This document shows, one piece after another, positions 37,870 through 48,229 of a DNA stretch of 54,482 nucleotides. The position numbers and the translations under genes are program-made. Each line of letters opens with the position of its first letter. Position 1 is the first letter of the stretch. The notes beneath the pieces were generated by a model, which searched no databases, was not told the DNA's origin, and worked only from the letters and a program-made list of their open reading frames with translations. Source of the DNA: an uncultured virus (IMG/VR IMGVR_UViG_2061766007_000234) (Duplodnaviria > Heunggongvirae > Uroviricota > Caudoviricetes); the IMG/VR virus record IMGVR_UViG_2061766007_000234; one strand, written 5' to 3'.

Positions 37870-38058
37870 ATGGACGAAGTAAATACTTCAACAAAGCGCG
37901 TGAGAATTAACCTCTCGCAGACAGCAAAAGGGCTTGTTCAGTTCGACATTACGGCTGAATCAGAAAGCGTGGAAGAATCTAAGAAAATGCTTGCAGAAGC
38001 AGTTGACGCCGCAAGAGCGGTAATCAAGGAAAAAGGACTTACGGAGGTTTCGGCATGA
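37870..38058 (+). CDS. Small hypothetical protein
   Basis: AGGAG RBS; coupled to 38055. Confidence 0.6.
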   Translation: MDEVNTSTKRVRINLSQTAKGLVQFDITAESESVEESKKMLAEAVDAARAVIKEKGLTEVSA

Positions 38059-39191
38059 ACGATGCAAAGACTACAGCGGTAGCACTCATTGACAAGTACA
38101 AGGCAGCCGGAGCGCTTGCCTATGTAACGCGCGAAGACTGCATGAGCGTTACTCCGCTCTATAAGCCGGAAGTTACGGTAATTCAGCTGCGGCTTCCGCA
38201 GAAGCAGTGGGACAATGATGCTGATGTCTATGAAATCAGCGGCAAATATATGCCGAAGCGCGAAATCGTGGACCGCATCGGCGAAGCGACAGGGCTCGTA
38301 TTCTTGCGCGACGGCTGCCGTACTTGGTCGGAACTCCGCGAGGATGACATCGCGGGAAAGCGCACAGTGTATATCAGCGAACAGCAGGCAAAGAAGCGCA
38401 TGAGCGACGGTTCTTTCCGCACTTCAAGTGTTCAGGCTTACGAGTTTGACCCTGTGCTCCGCGCAATGGTCGATTACAACGTAATCGAGCTTAATGCGCA
38501 GACAAAGATGCAGAAAAACAAGAGCGGCAAGACGCTTGCGCAGACAATTCTTGAATACACCAAGGTTGCCCGCCAGAGAGCAGAGACAGGCGCACGTCTG
38601 CGCGTTATCAGAGAACTGACGAACATGCCGACAGCGTTCAGCAAGGCAGATGCGGCTCATCCGCTTGTTTTCGGACGCATAGCGCAGAATACCGACTACA
38701 TCTTGCAGACACCCGAAGGACGCGCAATGGCATCGGCTCAGGCACTCGGTATTGACGTTGCTTCGCTTTTTGGCGGACGCAAGCTTCCTGCACAAGAAGC
38801 GGAAGCTCCTGCTCCTGCAATTCCTTCTAGCATGCCTGCCGCAGCATTGCCGGAAAGCACGGCTGTTTATGAAGAAGTTCCGCCGGACACAGCGGACGCA
38901 GAATTCAGCGGCCAGCCTGAACCGCAGGATGTAGCTTCTCTTGCAGAACAGGCAGCCGGAGCGGGAACGCCGTCAGGCGAAAACGAATTTGACGTGCTTA
39001 CGCAGTCTCTTGAACAGTGGGCAGAAGCCTACAAAGAAGTTCTGGACGTTGTATGCAGCAACGGAGCAAATCCGTACAAGCTCGCAAAAGAAGAGCTTGA
39101 TGCTAACAACTTCAACGCGTCTGTTGAATCGCGCAAGGCGATGATTCAGCGTATTAAAGATTTTCTCAGAGCAAAGGGCGTTAATTTATGA
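38055..39191 (+). CDS. Hypothetical protein in the recombination module
   Basis: 378-aa ORF, GGAGG RBS, coupled to the SbcDC gene; acidic flexible C-terminal part. Confidence 0.7.
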   Translation: MNDAKTTAVALIDKYKAAGALAYVTREDCMSVTPLYKPEVTVIQLRLPQKQWDNDADVYEISGKYMPKREIVDRIGEATGLVFLRDGCRTWSELREDDIAGKRTVYISEQQAKKRMSDGSFRTSSVQAYEFDPVLRAMVDYNVIELNAQTKMQKNKSGKTLAQTILEYTKVARQRAETGARLRVIRELTNMPTAFSKADAAHPLVFGRIAQNTDYILQTPEGRAMASAQALGIDVASLFGGRKLPAQEAEAPAPAIPSSMPAAALPESTAVYEEVPPDTADAEFSGQPEPQDVASLAEQAAGAGTPSGENEFDVLTQSLEQWAEAYKEVLDVVCSNGANPYKLAKEELDANNFNASVESRKAMIQRIKDFLRAKGVNL

Positions 39192-42100
39192 GAATTGCAC
39201 ATATTGCAGACTTGCACTGCTGCAGGGAACATCAGGAAGCGGCTTTGAAGTCGCTCCAGTTTCTTGCTGATACTATAAAAAAAGCCCCCGTTGACCTGGT
39301 AGCCATAGCGGGGGACACATGGGACGCTTCGATGTTGAACACCGAAGCGAGCGGCTTCAACGGCTTCATTGACGCAATCCGAAACATTGCGGACGAAGCC
39401 CCTGTCGCCATGATTTACGGCACGCCAAGCCATGATACCGACGGCTCGCTGGAGGTGTTCCGCAAAATCAATTGCAAGCATTCTATCACGGTTCTTGAAC
39501 CGGCGCAATCATACCTTTTAATTGGTGACAATCAAGATGCAATGATTGTTCCTGATGTCGGCGGCGTTCATCCTTGTGCAAAGGCTGTCATTATCGGTGT
39601 GCCGGAACCGCGCAAGAAGTATCTGCTTGCAAACGCAACAGCCGGAAAAGATGAAACCGAAGCGTTGCTGCGCGATTCAATGCAGAAGCTCTGCTTCATG
39701 CTTGCGGCAAAGCGCCGTGAGCGTGCATATCTGCCGTGCGTGATGCTCTACCACGGCGACGTGGCGGGCTGCTCTCTGCAGAATGACCGCACCATAGAGC
39801 GCGGCACCGGCTTGAGCATAACAATCGACGACCTTGCAAGCATAAGCGCAGATTATTACGCGCTCGGTCATATCCATAAGCCGCAGCAGGTCGGAAACCT
39901 TCCGGCTTATTATGCAGGTTCAATCTACCCGAAAGACTTCGGCGAAACTCATAAGGCCGGCTTCAATCTTGTTGAGATTGACGGCGCGAATACATCTGTC
40001 CGCGTTGAGCGCGTTGAATTTCCGCATCCGCAGAACATGAAGATTGAAAGCGGCGCTGACTGCAAGATCAGCGGCGAAGAAATCAGCGGAAAGCGTGTCT
40101 GGCTTGAAATTACATGCACAAAAGAAGAGCGCGTAACGCTTGACGAAGAAGCCTTGCTTGCAGGGCTTATCGAGCACGGCGCGGTCGAAGGTTCCCGCGT
40201 AACAATAACCGACATTCCGGTTGAAACAGTCCGCGCGGCTGAAATAACGGAAGCCGCCGGAGTTTCTGAAAAATACAAAGTCTGGGCAGAGAATTCGGGA
40301 ATCGAGCTTAAAGATTCAGTTCTTAAAAAGATTTCAGAACTTGATGCGGAAATCTCTAAAGACAGCGCAAAGGCGCACGGCGCATGGGAGCTTGTGAGCC
40401 TTAAATTGCGCGGCTCGACAGGCATCAAAAAAGGAATCGGCAAGGACGAAATCAGCATTGACTTTGATTCTTACGATTCCGGCCTTATCGCACTTACAGG
40501 CGAGAACGGCAAGGGAAAGACCACGCTCATAGAGAACTGTCACCCTTATCCGCAGCTTCTTACACGCAAGGGCAAGCTGCAAGACCATTTCTGCCTGCGC
40601 GACAGTTTTCGCGAGGTAATCTACCGTGACCGCGATTCAAACCGCATGGTCAAGTGCCTTATTCAGATTGACGGCGAGAACAAAAGCGGCTCATGCGCTT
40701 ATTTTGCGTACACATCAGCAGACGGCGGCGCAAGCTGGGAAGCCGTTCCGGGCGTTGATAAGAACGCCGTACCTTACGAGGAATTTGTTCTTTCGACATT
40801 CGGACCGATGGAGCTGTTCCTTCGTACTGCTTTCATTACTCAGCGACCTACGAAGAATCTGCCGGACTTGACTGATGCAACTGCGGGTGAGAAGAAAACG
40901 CTCTTTGTTGAGCTTGCCGGAATCGACTATCTGCAGAAGTTTGCTGATGCGGCAAACGAACGCGCCAAAGCTGCAAGCCAGACGGCGCACGACGCGGAAA
41001 TCCGCGCACAGACACTGGAACTCACAGTATGCCGCAGGGCTGATGTTGAAGCCGCCATAAAAGAAGCTGAAAACCAGCTTGCTGAAAAGAACGCGGAACT
41101 TGACCAGGTTACGGCAGACGGAAAACAGGCGCGTGAGGATTTGAACGCGGCAATGAAACGAGCGGAAAAGGAGAAGGCACGTGCCAAAAAAGAAAGCGAC
41201 GTCCGCATTTCAATTTCTAATTTGAAAGCTGAAATAAAGGCGCTTGAAAACGATAGGACACAGAACGAGAACGCCGCCAACGGCAAAGACGCGAACGAAG
41301 CTCTTGTGCAGAAATACGAAGCATTGCAGAAAACCGTAAGCGAGGAACAGCAGAAGCAGACTGCCGTCAGCGAGGAAAACTCAAAGCGCATGGCAGAGTA
41401 TCTTTCGCAGAAAGCCATCTATGACGGCAAGGTGCGCGAAATTGAAAAACAGCGGGATATTTTCGCTGACAAGCGCACGGCTGTTGAGCGAGACATTGCG
41501 AACGCGCGGAATGACATCAAGCTGCATGAACGCGATGCTGCTGAATTCAATGACACCTGCCCGACATGCGGACAGAAGCTTCCGGCTGATAAAATCGCCG
41601 AACTGACAGCAAAGCGCGAAAACGCAGAGCAGACAATAAAACTGATAGAAAACAGCATTGAGGAAAAAGAACAGGCTCTTGCCGGACTAAATCAGCAGCT
41701 GGCAGCCCTTGCGCAGCAAATCTCGGAAGTTGCCTTTGAAGAGCCGGTAAAACCGCAGCCAAAAGTTTTTGATACTTCGGTTCTGAATAATGCCGTACAG
41801 GAAATGGCAAAAATAGACATCAACAGCGTGCGCTCGGAACTTGAGACTGCAAAGACTGCGCTCGTGCGGATTGAGGGATTGAACGCCCAGATTGCGGATA
41901 AGCAGAAATATCTTGCTCAGGCAGAAAGCGATGCCGCCGAACTTGCAAAATCGAAGGACTATGAAGCGGAAACCGCATTTATCGATGCACAGAACAAGCA
42001 CGAAGGACTTTCTGCGCAATACACGCGGGTAAAGGCAGAAATTGCATCTCTTGAAACAACGATTGAAGCCGGCAAGAAAAACATTGCTGAAATTGATGGG

Positions 42101-42661
42101 CAGAAAGCACAGCTTGATGAAGCTGAAAAACAAGCCGCCGAAGCAAAGGCTGAAAGCACTGAATGGGAGCTTATCGCCAAGGCATTCGGAAAGGACGGCA
42201 TACAGGCTCTTGAGCTTGATGCGCTTGCTCCTGGAATATCCGAAACAGCGAACACACTTCTGCACAGCGCATACGGCGACCGCTTCACGATCAGCATTGA
42301 AACAACACGTATCGGCGGTCAGGGCAAGAGTCGCAAGCAGATTGAGGACTTCAAGATTATGGTCACAGACGACGGCGAAACCACTACGCTTGAGAATAAA
42401 TCAGGCGGCGAGGCTGTCTGGATAAAGCGTGCAATTTATGACGCTTTCGCCGTGATACGCCGCCGGAATACAGGCTTTGCGTTCCTTACTTGCTTTCAAG
42501 ACGAAACGGACGGTGCGCTCGACGCTTCGGCAAAGACCGCATACTGCCGGATGCTTGAGGCAAGCCACGAAGCGGCCAAGCTGCGCCACACAATCATCAT
42601 CACCCACTCCAACGAGGTTAAGGCAATGGTTGAGCAGAAAATCGCAATGGAATGCTTATGA
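39188..42661 (+). CDS. Fused SbcD (Mre11-like nuclease)-SbcC (Rad50-like ATPase)
   Basis: 'IADLH', 'AGD', 'GHIH'; Walker A 'GENGKGKT', zinc hook 'CPTCGQ', signature 'SGGE', 'QDETDGALD', 'ITH'. Confidence 0.9.
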   Translation: MRIAHIADLHCCREHQEAALKSLQFLADTIKKAPVDLVAIAGDTWDASMLNTEASGFNGFIDAIRNIADEAPVAMIYGTPSHDTDGSLEVFRKINCKHSITVLEPAQSYLLIGDNQDAMIVPDVGGVHPCAKAVIIGVPEPRKKYLLANATAGKDETEALLRDSMQKLCFMLAAKRRERAYLPCVMLYHGDVAGCSLQNDRTIERGTGLSITIDDLASISADYYALGHIHKPQQVGNLPAYYAGSIYPKDFGETHKAGFNLVEIDGANTSVRVERVEFPHPQNMKIESGADCKISGEEISGKRVWLEITCTKEERVTLDEEALLAGLIEHGAVEGSRVTITDIPVETVRAAEITEAAGVSEKYKVWAENSGIELKDSVLKKISELDAEISKDSAKAHGAWELVSLKLRGSTGIKKGIGKDEISIDFDSYDSGLIALTGENGKGKTTLIENCHPYPQLLTRKGKLQDHFCLRDSFREVIYRDRDSNRMVKCLIQIDGENKSGSCAYFAYTSADGGASWEAVPGVDKNAVPYEEFVLSTFGPMELFLRTAFITQRPTKNLPDLTDATAGEKKTLFVELAGIDYLQKFADAANERAKAASQTAHDAEIRAQTLELTVCRRADVEAAIKEAENQLAEKNAELDQVTADGKQAREDLNAAMKRAEKEKARAKKESDVRISISNLKAEIKALENDRTQNENAANGKDANEALVQKYEALQKTVSEEQQKQTAVSEENSKRMAEYLSQKAIYDGKVREIEKQRDIFADKRTAVERDIANARNDIKLHERDAAEFNDTCPTCGQKLPADKIAELTAKRENAEQTIKLIENSIEEKEQALAGLNQQLAALAQQISEVAFEEPVKPQPKVFDTSVLNNAVQEMAKIDINSVRSELETAKTALVRIEGLNAQIADKQKYLAQAESDAAELAKSKDYEAETAFIDAQNKHEGLSAQYTRVKAEIASLETTIEAGKKNIAEIDGQKAQLDEAEKQAAEAKAESTEWELIAKAFGKDGIQALELDALAPGISETANTLLHSAYGDRFTISIETTRIGGQGKSRKQIEDFKIMVTDDGETTTLENKSGGEAVWIKRAIYDAFAVIRRRNTGFAFLTCFQDETDGALDASAKTAYCRMLEASHEAAKLRHTIIITHSNEVKAMVEQKIAMECL

Positions 42662-42933
42662 CGCAGACCAGGGCGGATATGGCAGCTTACATCAAGGAGC
42701 GCAAGGACTGCACGCTGAAAGATGCTGAGCAGTCAGCATTCCTTGCTGTGGAGTGGTTGCTTAACGCCGTTGCTTCCGGCGAGCGCGTGGAGCTTCGGGG
42801 TTTCGGCACGTTCAGCACAGTGGAACAGCCGGAACACAGAAGTAACCTCGGCATGGTTATCCCGGAACGGCGTGTAGTGCGGTTCCGTCCGGCAGAAGCC
42901 CTTAGGCGGCTTTGCGGGCAGAAAAGAAAATGA
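42658..42933 (+). CDS. HU/IHF-like DNA-binding protein
   Basis: 'GERVELRGFGTF…VVRFRP'. Confidence 0.85.
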   Translation: MTQTRADMAAYIKERKDCTLKDAEQSAFLAVEWLLNAVASGERVELRGFGTFSTVEQPEHRSNLGMVIPERRVVRFRPAEALRRLCGQKRK

Positions 42934-43033
42934 TTTTAAGTGCTTATTCTGCAAGAAATTAGAAGAAAAGGCTTGAAGAATAAAGTTATTACCTTAATCT
43001 GTCAGCATAAACTGACAAGGAGCGGTACAAGGA

Positions 43034-43261
43034 ATGAAAACGGCGCGGGAGAACGGAATCATTGAACGTCTCCTGCCGCATATTGCGGCGGCGTTCAATG
43101 AAACGGAAAAACTGGACTGCACGATGTCATACGACAGCGTGAACGAGATTGTTTTGATTGATTGCAGCAACGGCAAGCATTTAGAGGTGATAGTCGCCGG
43201 AGACAGCCCTTTGGCTGTGATTTTTGATGTGACCAAGCAGCTCTACTGCCAAATGATATAG
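43034..43261 (+). CDS. Hypothetical protein
   Basis: ORF in the early operon. Confidence 0.55.
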   Translation: MKTARENGIIERLLPHIAAAFNETEKLDCTMSYDSVNEIVLIDCSNGKHLEVIVAGDSPLAVIFDVTKQLYCQMI

Positions 43262-43291
43262 CAGAAACGAATCTTTTCTTGGAGGTAAAAG

Positions 43292-44890
43292 ATGCGAACT
43301 GAAAAAATACTGATCAGCGAAATTGAGCTGAACGAAGACCGTACCGAGGGCGGAAAAGGCGATGTTGAATCGCTTGCCCGCAACATGGACAAGTACGGCC
43401 AGATTAACGCGGTTATGGTAGTAGATGTGGTTGAGGATGAATCAACCACTTACAGCTACCGCATTGTTGCCGGACGGCGCAGAATTGCCGCCGCCGAGCT
43501 GCTCGGCTGGACCGAAATCCGCGCTGATATCTATGACGCTGACGAAATCAGCGAAGACAGCGAGGAGATGATTGCGCTTTCGGAGAATGCAGCCCGCGAG
43601 GAAATGAATGCAATCGACGAAGGAATTCTTTATGCGAATGAGCTGAAAAAGGGAACGCCTGTTGAGGAGCTTGCCGCGTTGTTCTGCCGAAACAAGAGCA
43701 CCGTGTACCAGAGGGCAAAGCTCGCACGTCTTGTTCCAGAAATGCGCGAATTGTACAAGGCCGGGCGTATACCGCTCCATGTGGCGGCGATGGCATCTGA
43801 TTTGCCGGAAGAAGCTCAGAAGAAAGTTGCGGACATATCGGAAAAAAGAGGCTATTGCGCTGACTGGGAAATCAAAGCTGAAATCAGAAATATAAGCAAT
43901 GATTTGCTCCGTACTCTCGGCGACTGCGCTGAATGTGCCGCATGTACAAGGCGGACCCGCTATTCAGATAAGACCTTGTTCCCGGAACTCGCCGAATCAG
44001 AAGACCGCTGTCTTGACCATGAATGTTTCTGCAAGACTTTGCAGCAGAGAATCGAAACATCGTTTACGGAATTCAGCGAGAAAATGAAAGGCGACCCGCA
44101 TGTCGAAGCCTGGGACGGAAGCCGTATTGTAGCTACAGTGACGCTCCCGGACGGCATCGAAGTGCTCGGCATCAAAATCTCTGACATTGCGGATGATGAA
44201 GACGACATTACGGAACCGCAAGACGATGAAGACGCAAGAATCAAGGAACAGCTTGAAGCGGCGGCCAAGGTTGAATGGGTGCCGTGCTGGAACGGAACTG
44301 AATTCGTTTTCATTGAGCTTGCGAAACGCGCCGATGTTGATGCTCTGTACTACGGCGATGGCAAAGAGAAAAGCACGGACAACGAATCAGAATGGCAGAA
44401 ACAGCGCAGGGAAAAACTTTCTGACATTTTCTCATCGTTCAGCGAAGAAAAGCGTTCTGAAATCATTTCTGACACAAGCAATTATGGCCTTGAATCTGAG
44501 GTGAGGAATCTTTTTCTGCAGAAAGCAGCTGATGCGTTTCAGCCCGAGAACTGCAACACGGCAGAACTTCTTATCCTTGCCGCTCAGCTTACGCTCTCAA
44601 ATACGGAAATGCGCAAATTCCTCTCAGACGATGGAATAACAAACGAGGATGTCAGCCAGTCTTTTGCTGTGTTTGAAAAACTCCAGAGAGTAGGATCAAA
44701 AAGCATCTGCATTGCCCTCATAAAATCAAAATTAGCCGGTTACGGTCCGAAGCCGGAGATATACGGCATTGAAGGCTCAGACTGGGAAAAGATTTTCTCT
44801 CACTTCGACATTGACCTCAAAGCGGTGCGTGATGAAGCCGCTAAAGAAGCCATAGAAGAGCAGTCAGAAAAAAAAGAAAACGGAGTCTGA
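43292..44890 (+). CDS. ParB/Spo0J-like protein with a Cys cluster
   Basis: 'IVAGRRR', 'ENAARE', HTH, 'CAECAAC…C…C'. Confidence 0.85.
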   Translation: MRTEKILISEIELNEDRTEGGKGDVESLARNMDKYGQINAVMVVDVVEDESTTYSYRIVAGRRRIAAAELLGWTEIRADIYDADEISEDSEEMIALSENAAREEMNAIDEGILYANELKKGTPVEELAALFCRNKSTVYQRAKLARLVPEMRELYKAGRIPLHVAAMASDLPEEAQKKVADISEKRGYCADWEIKAEIRNISNDLLRTLGDCAECAACTRRTRYSDKTLFPELAESEDRCLDHECFCKTLQQRIETSFTEFSEKMKGDPHVEAWDGSRIVATVTLPDGIEVLGIKISDIADDEDDITEPQDDEDARIKEQLEAAAKVEWVPCWNGTEFVFIELAKRADVDALYYGDGKEKSTDNESEWQKQRREKLSDIFSSFSEEKRSEIISDTSNYGLESEVRNLFLQKAADAFQPENCNTAELLILAAQLTLSNTEMRKFLSDDGITNEDVSQSFAVFEKLQRVGSKSICIALIKSKLAGYGPKPEIYGIEGSDWEKIFSHFDIDLKAVRDEAAKEAIEEQSEKKENGV

Positions 44891-44892
44891 AG

Positions 44893-45048
44893 ATGCTGCC
44901 TAGAGAAGAAATCGATTTTCACAGAAAGGTTATCAACGAGCTCCGCGGAATCCGCAGGGCTCTTGAAAAGATAGCGGGTGACAGCGCAAAAGATGCGCCT
45001 GCCACAGATAAAGGTAAAGACGAAAAAGACGGACACAGGGAGGTATGA
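44893..45048 (+). CDS. 51-aa hypothetical protein
   Basis: MLPREEIDFHRKVINELRGIRRALEKI…; fills the gap exactly. Confidence 0.5.
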   Translation: MLPREEIDFHRKVINELRGIRRALEKIAGDSAKDAPATDKGKDEKDGHREV

Positions 45049-45049
45049 A

Positions 45050-45745
45050 ATGGGTGTTGTTTTTTTGGATGATGAAGATGTAATCGAAGATGAAGCTGTA
45101 GTTGAGGAAGAAGAAACAACTCTTCCGGCGGTTGTTGAACCGGATGAAGAACAGTCGGCAACAGGCGCAGGGAACATGGAGATTCAGGATATTTTCCGGA
45201 ATCTTATTCTGCAGTCAAATTTTGCGGCACACGAGGCGGAGGCAAAGCTTCAGGTTGAAGAAAAAGGCAACAGCGTTGCTGAATTACAGGGATTCTGTGC
45301 CGGAATCAAGAATTTCAAGAGCATCGCAAATAAAGCCGGCTTCGATATTCCGCCTACGCTTTTTGACACTGCCAACCGCATGACACCGTGGGTACAGCAG
45401 CTTGACGGCGCGGACGGTGACGGAGACGGCGATACAGACTGCAATCTCTCTCTTGAAGAATTAAGGCAGTTTTCAGTTTTGCTTGACGGCCTTGTGGAAA
45501 GCGAAAACTATGCGGCGGTCAGAGAATCAATGCAGAGCGAAATCAAGGCGAAGAAAGATTTTCTCTATGCTCAGGCAAAATCAAGCAGAGAGCTGTTCTG
45601 GGTTCGCGGCTGGGATAAGGGCTTTAACTGGGTCGAAGGTCAGGTTAAGGAACTTCATTACTGGAAAGGCGTAAAGGAACAGCAGGCTGAACGCCGCAGA
45701 AAGGAAAAGGCTTCCGAGCTTCCATTCGGAGACGATGAGGACTGA
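45050..45745 (+). CDS. Acidic hypothetical protein
   Basis: GGAGG RBS before ATG 45050. Confidence 0.65.
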   Translation: MGVVFLDDEDVIEDEAVVEEEETTLPAVVEPDEEQSATGAGNMEIQDIFRNLILQSNFAAHEAEAKLQVEEKGNSVAELQGFCAGIKNFKSIANKAGFDIPPTLFDTANRMTPWVQQLDGADGDGDGDTDCNLSLEELRQFSVLLDGLVESENYAAVRESMQSEIKAKKDFLYAQAKSSRELFWVRGWDKGFNWVEGQVKELHYWKGVKEQQAERRRKEKASELPFGDDED

Positions 45746-45786
45746 AATATACAGCCGCTTATGCGGCTGTGCAAGGGTGGTTACAA

Positions 45787-46572
45787 ATGAAAAGATATGT
45801 ATCTACAAGTTTCTGGGATGATGAATGGGTTCAGAGCCTTTCTCCGACGGAGAGGTATGTATATCTTTACCTGCTCACAAACTCGCTCACGAACATTGCG
45901 GGCGTATACAAGATTCCGCAGAGAAGAATCGTGTTCGATACAGGGCTTGATGAAAACGAAATAAAGACAATCACTGAAAAATTCAAGGATGCCGGAAAAG
46001 CGTACCGTCACGGCGAGTACATAGTGCTTCCTTCATGGCCGCGCCATCAGAAATGCCAGAATCCGAACATCATGCGCGGAATTCACAGGCTCTTAAAAAC
46101 GTTTGACGTTGAACTGCTTGCGTTCTTGAAAGAAGTCGGCTACTGCTACCCGCTTGACGAGTTTCTGTCTCCAAAATCGGCGGAAGCCGGACAGCTTCCC
46201 GCGCCGTCGGCAGATGCTTATTCCGAAATCGACCTGACGGAAGAAATGAAGCTTTTCTTGAACCTCTGGCAGACAACGAAAGACAAGAACGGTCAGTGCA
46301 TTTTCCAGATAACTGCGACAATTGAACGTCCGCGTGACTGGACGCGTTTCTGGCAGAAGTCTAAGCCGACTACAGAACAGATTGAAACGGCTTTCAGAAA
46401 CTTTGCGGAAGGAATAGACAGCGGCGCGATTCCGCGTCAGTTCATTCCGGCCACGCCTGACAGGTTCGTACTCAAAGGCGGCATATCACGCTATCAGGCG
46501 CCGGTCGTAAAGGAACACGGCAGAACTGAAAATGATGGCGGCGACATGCTTGCGGATAAGATTGCGCTTTAA
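45787..46572 (+). CDS. Replication initiator (replisome-organiser-like)
   Basis: 'TSFWDD…YLYLLTN…IAGVY…FDTG'; followed by a DnaC-like loader. Confidence 0.8.
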   Translation: MKRYVSTSFWDDEWVQSLSPTERYVYLYLLTNSLTNIAGVYKIPQRRIVFDTGLDENEIKTITEKFKDAGKAYRHGEYIVLPSWPRHQKCQNPNIMRGIHRLLKTFDVELLAFLKEVGYCYPLDEFLSPKSAEAGQLPAPSADAYSEIDLTEEMKLFLNLWQTTKDKNGQCIFQITATIERPRDWTRFWQKSKPTTEQIETAFRNFAEGIDSGAIPRQFIPATPDRFVLKGGISRYQAPVVKEHGRTENDGGDMLADKIAL

Positions 46573-46583
46573 GGAGCTGACTG

Positions 46584-47435
46584 ATGCAGAGGCTTGAGAC
46601 TGTAACGGACAACAACGGACGTGCAATAGCAGACCGCAACGGCAATGTTCAGAAAGAATTCAAAAAGATTGAATTCTTTTCTATGCAGAAAGTGCTGTAT
46701 GTCTGCCCGAAGCATGGAGAAATTCCCTGTGATGTAGCTGTATTGAACGGTTCGCCGACACAGTCTTTCTGCCCGATATGCGAGCGAGAAGAAGAAAAAC
46801 GGCGCGAAGCGGAAGCGGAACAAAAAGCAAAAGAACAGGCTCTTGAAGCATTGCAGGCACAATACAGGGAGATGAACATCGAGAAGGAATACTGGAACAA
46901 AACGCTCGATGATTACATTCCTACAGTTCCGTCGCAGGAAAAGGCAAAGGCTGCCGTTGCGCGGCTTATTGAACAGAAGCACGGCAAGGTTATTCTGCTC
47001 GGCACGAACGGCTGCGGAAAGACGCATCTTGGCTCTGTTGCTGTAAAGGCTCTGGGCGGCAGGATTTTAACGATGTATGAGATTTCCTGCACAATACGTC
47101 AGGCGTATTCGTCTCTTGCGAAGCGGACGGAGCTTGAGATTGTAGAGGAGCTTGCAACAATCCCGATGCTGTTCATCGACGAGATGGGGCGCACCAAGGG
47201 CAGCTCGGCGGAACTTAACTGGCTTTCGTACATTCTTGACAAGCGGCATCAGCGCGGGCTTCCGTTCATGCTCGGCACGAACAGCCACCTTATGAAAGAC
47301 TGTCCGCACGGCAAGAATCACTGCGAGCAGTGCTTTGAGAACTTTTTAGGGAATGACATCCTTTCCAGACTTGGGCAGGATTCGGAGATTGTAACGATGT
47401 ATGACGCGCCTGATTACAGGCGGGTACGGCGTTAA
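46584..47435 (+). CDS. DnaC/IstB-like helicase loader ATPase
   Basis: 'CPKHG…CPIC', 'GTNGCGKTHL', 'LFIDEMGR'. Confidence 0.9.
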   Translation: MQRLETVTDNNGRAIADRNGNVQKEFKKIEFFSMQKVLYVCPKHGEIPCDVAVLNGSPTQSFCPICEREEEKRREAEAEQKAKEQALEALQAQYREMNIEKEYWNKTLDDYIPTVPSQEKAKAAVARLIEQKHGKVILLGTNGCGKTHLGSVAVKALGGRILTMYEISCTIRQAYSSLAKRTELEIVEELATIPMLFIDEMGRTKGSSAELNWLSYILDKRHQRGLPFMLGTNSHLMKDCPHGKNHCEQCFENFLGNDILSRLGQDSEIVTMYDAPDYRRVRR

Positions 47436-47449
47436 AAAGGAGAAATTAA

Positions 47450-47914
47450 ATGAACGACATTAACCAGACAATACTTATCGGACGTCTTACAAAAGATTTG
47501 GACGACCAGAGCTTTGCGTATACAACCGGCGGCATTGCGCGTGCAAACATAAGCATAGCGGTCAACCGCGCAAAAAAACAGGGCGACCAGTGGGTCGATG
47601 AAGTAAGCTACTTCGACATCACTCTATGGGGCAAGACGGCTGAAAACTTGAAGCCGTATCTTGTGAAAGGCAAGCAGATCGGCGTTACGGCTCATCTGCG
47701 CCAGGACAGATGGGAAAAGGACGGGCAGAAATTCAGCCGCATAACCGTTGTAGCTGATGACGTTCAGCTGCTCGGCGGTACGGGCGGAAATAACGGCGGC
47801 TATGCACAGCAGGGCGGCTCATACGGACCGCCGCAACAGCCTTATACGCAGAAGCCGCAGAACTATGTTCCGGCTGGAAACGCTGACGATTTTCCGGAAG
47901 ATATTCCGTTCTAA
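47450..47914 (+). CDS. ssb: Single-stranded DNA-binding protein
   Basis: 'IGRLTKD', 'WGKTAE', C-terminal 'EDIPF'. Confidence 0.95.
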   Translation: MNDINQTILIGRLTKDLDDQSFAYTTGGIARANISIAVNRAKKQGDQWVDEVSYFDITLWGKTAENLKPYLVKGKQIGVTAHLRQDRWEKDGQKFSRITVVADDVQLLGGTGGNNGGYAQQGGSYGPPQQPYTQKPQNYVPAGNADDFPEDIPF

Positions 47915-47932
47915 AGGCTCGGAGGAAGGACT

Positions 47933-48229
47933 ATGCAGAACAATCTTGCAGACCTTAACAACCATCTTTTTGAGCAGCTTGAAATGCTTGCAGGTGACGA
48001 ACTGGACAGCCAGAAACTTGAAAAGGAACTTAAAAAGGCAAAGGCCATGTGCGACATTTCAAAGCAGATTCTTAAGGTTGCTGACGTTCAGATTAAGGCA
48101 ATCAAGACAGCCGAAAGCTGCGGACTGCTGAATAAGGATATGCCGGAACTTATAGCGATAAAAGACAGTCATGCTGAAAAAGAAGAACGGAAAAAGAACC
48201 GTCAGAAATTATTAGAGGCCGTAAAATGA
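47933..48229 (+). CDS. Conserved phage protein preceding the HNH gene
   Basis: 'NNLADLNNHLFEQLE'. Confidence 0.7.
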   Translation: MQNNLADLNNHLFEQLEMLAGDELDSQKLEKELKKAKAMCDISKQILKVADVQIKAIKTAESCGLLNKDMPELIAIKDSHAEKEERKKNRQKLLEAVK

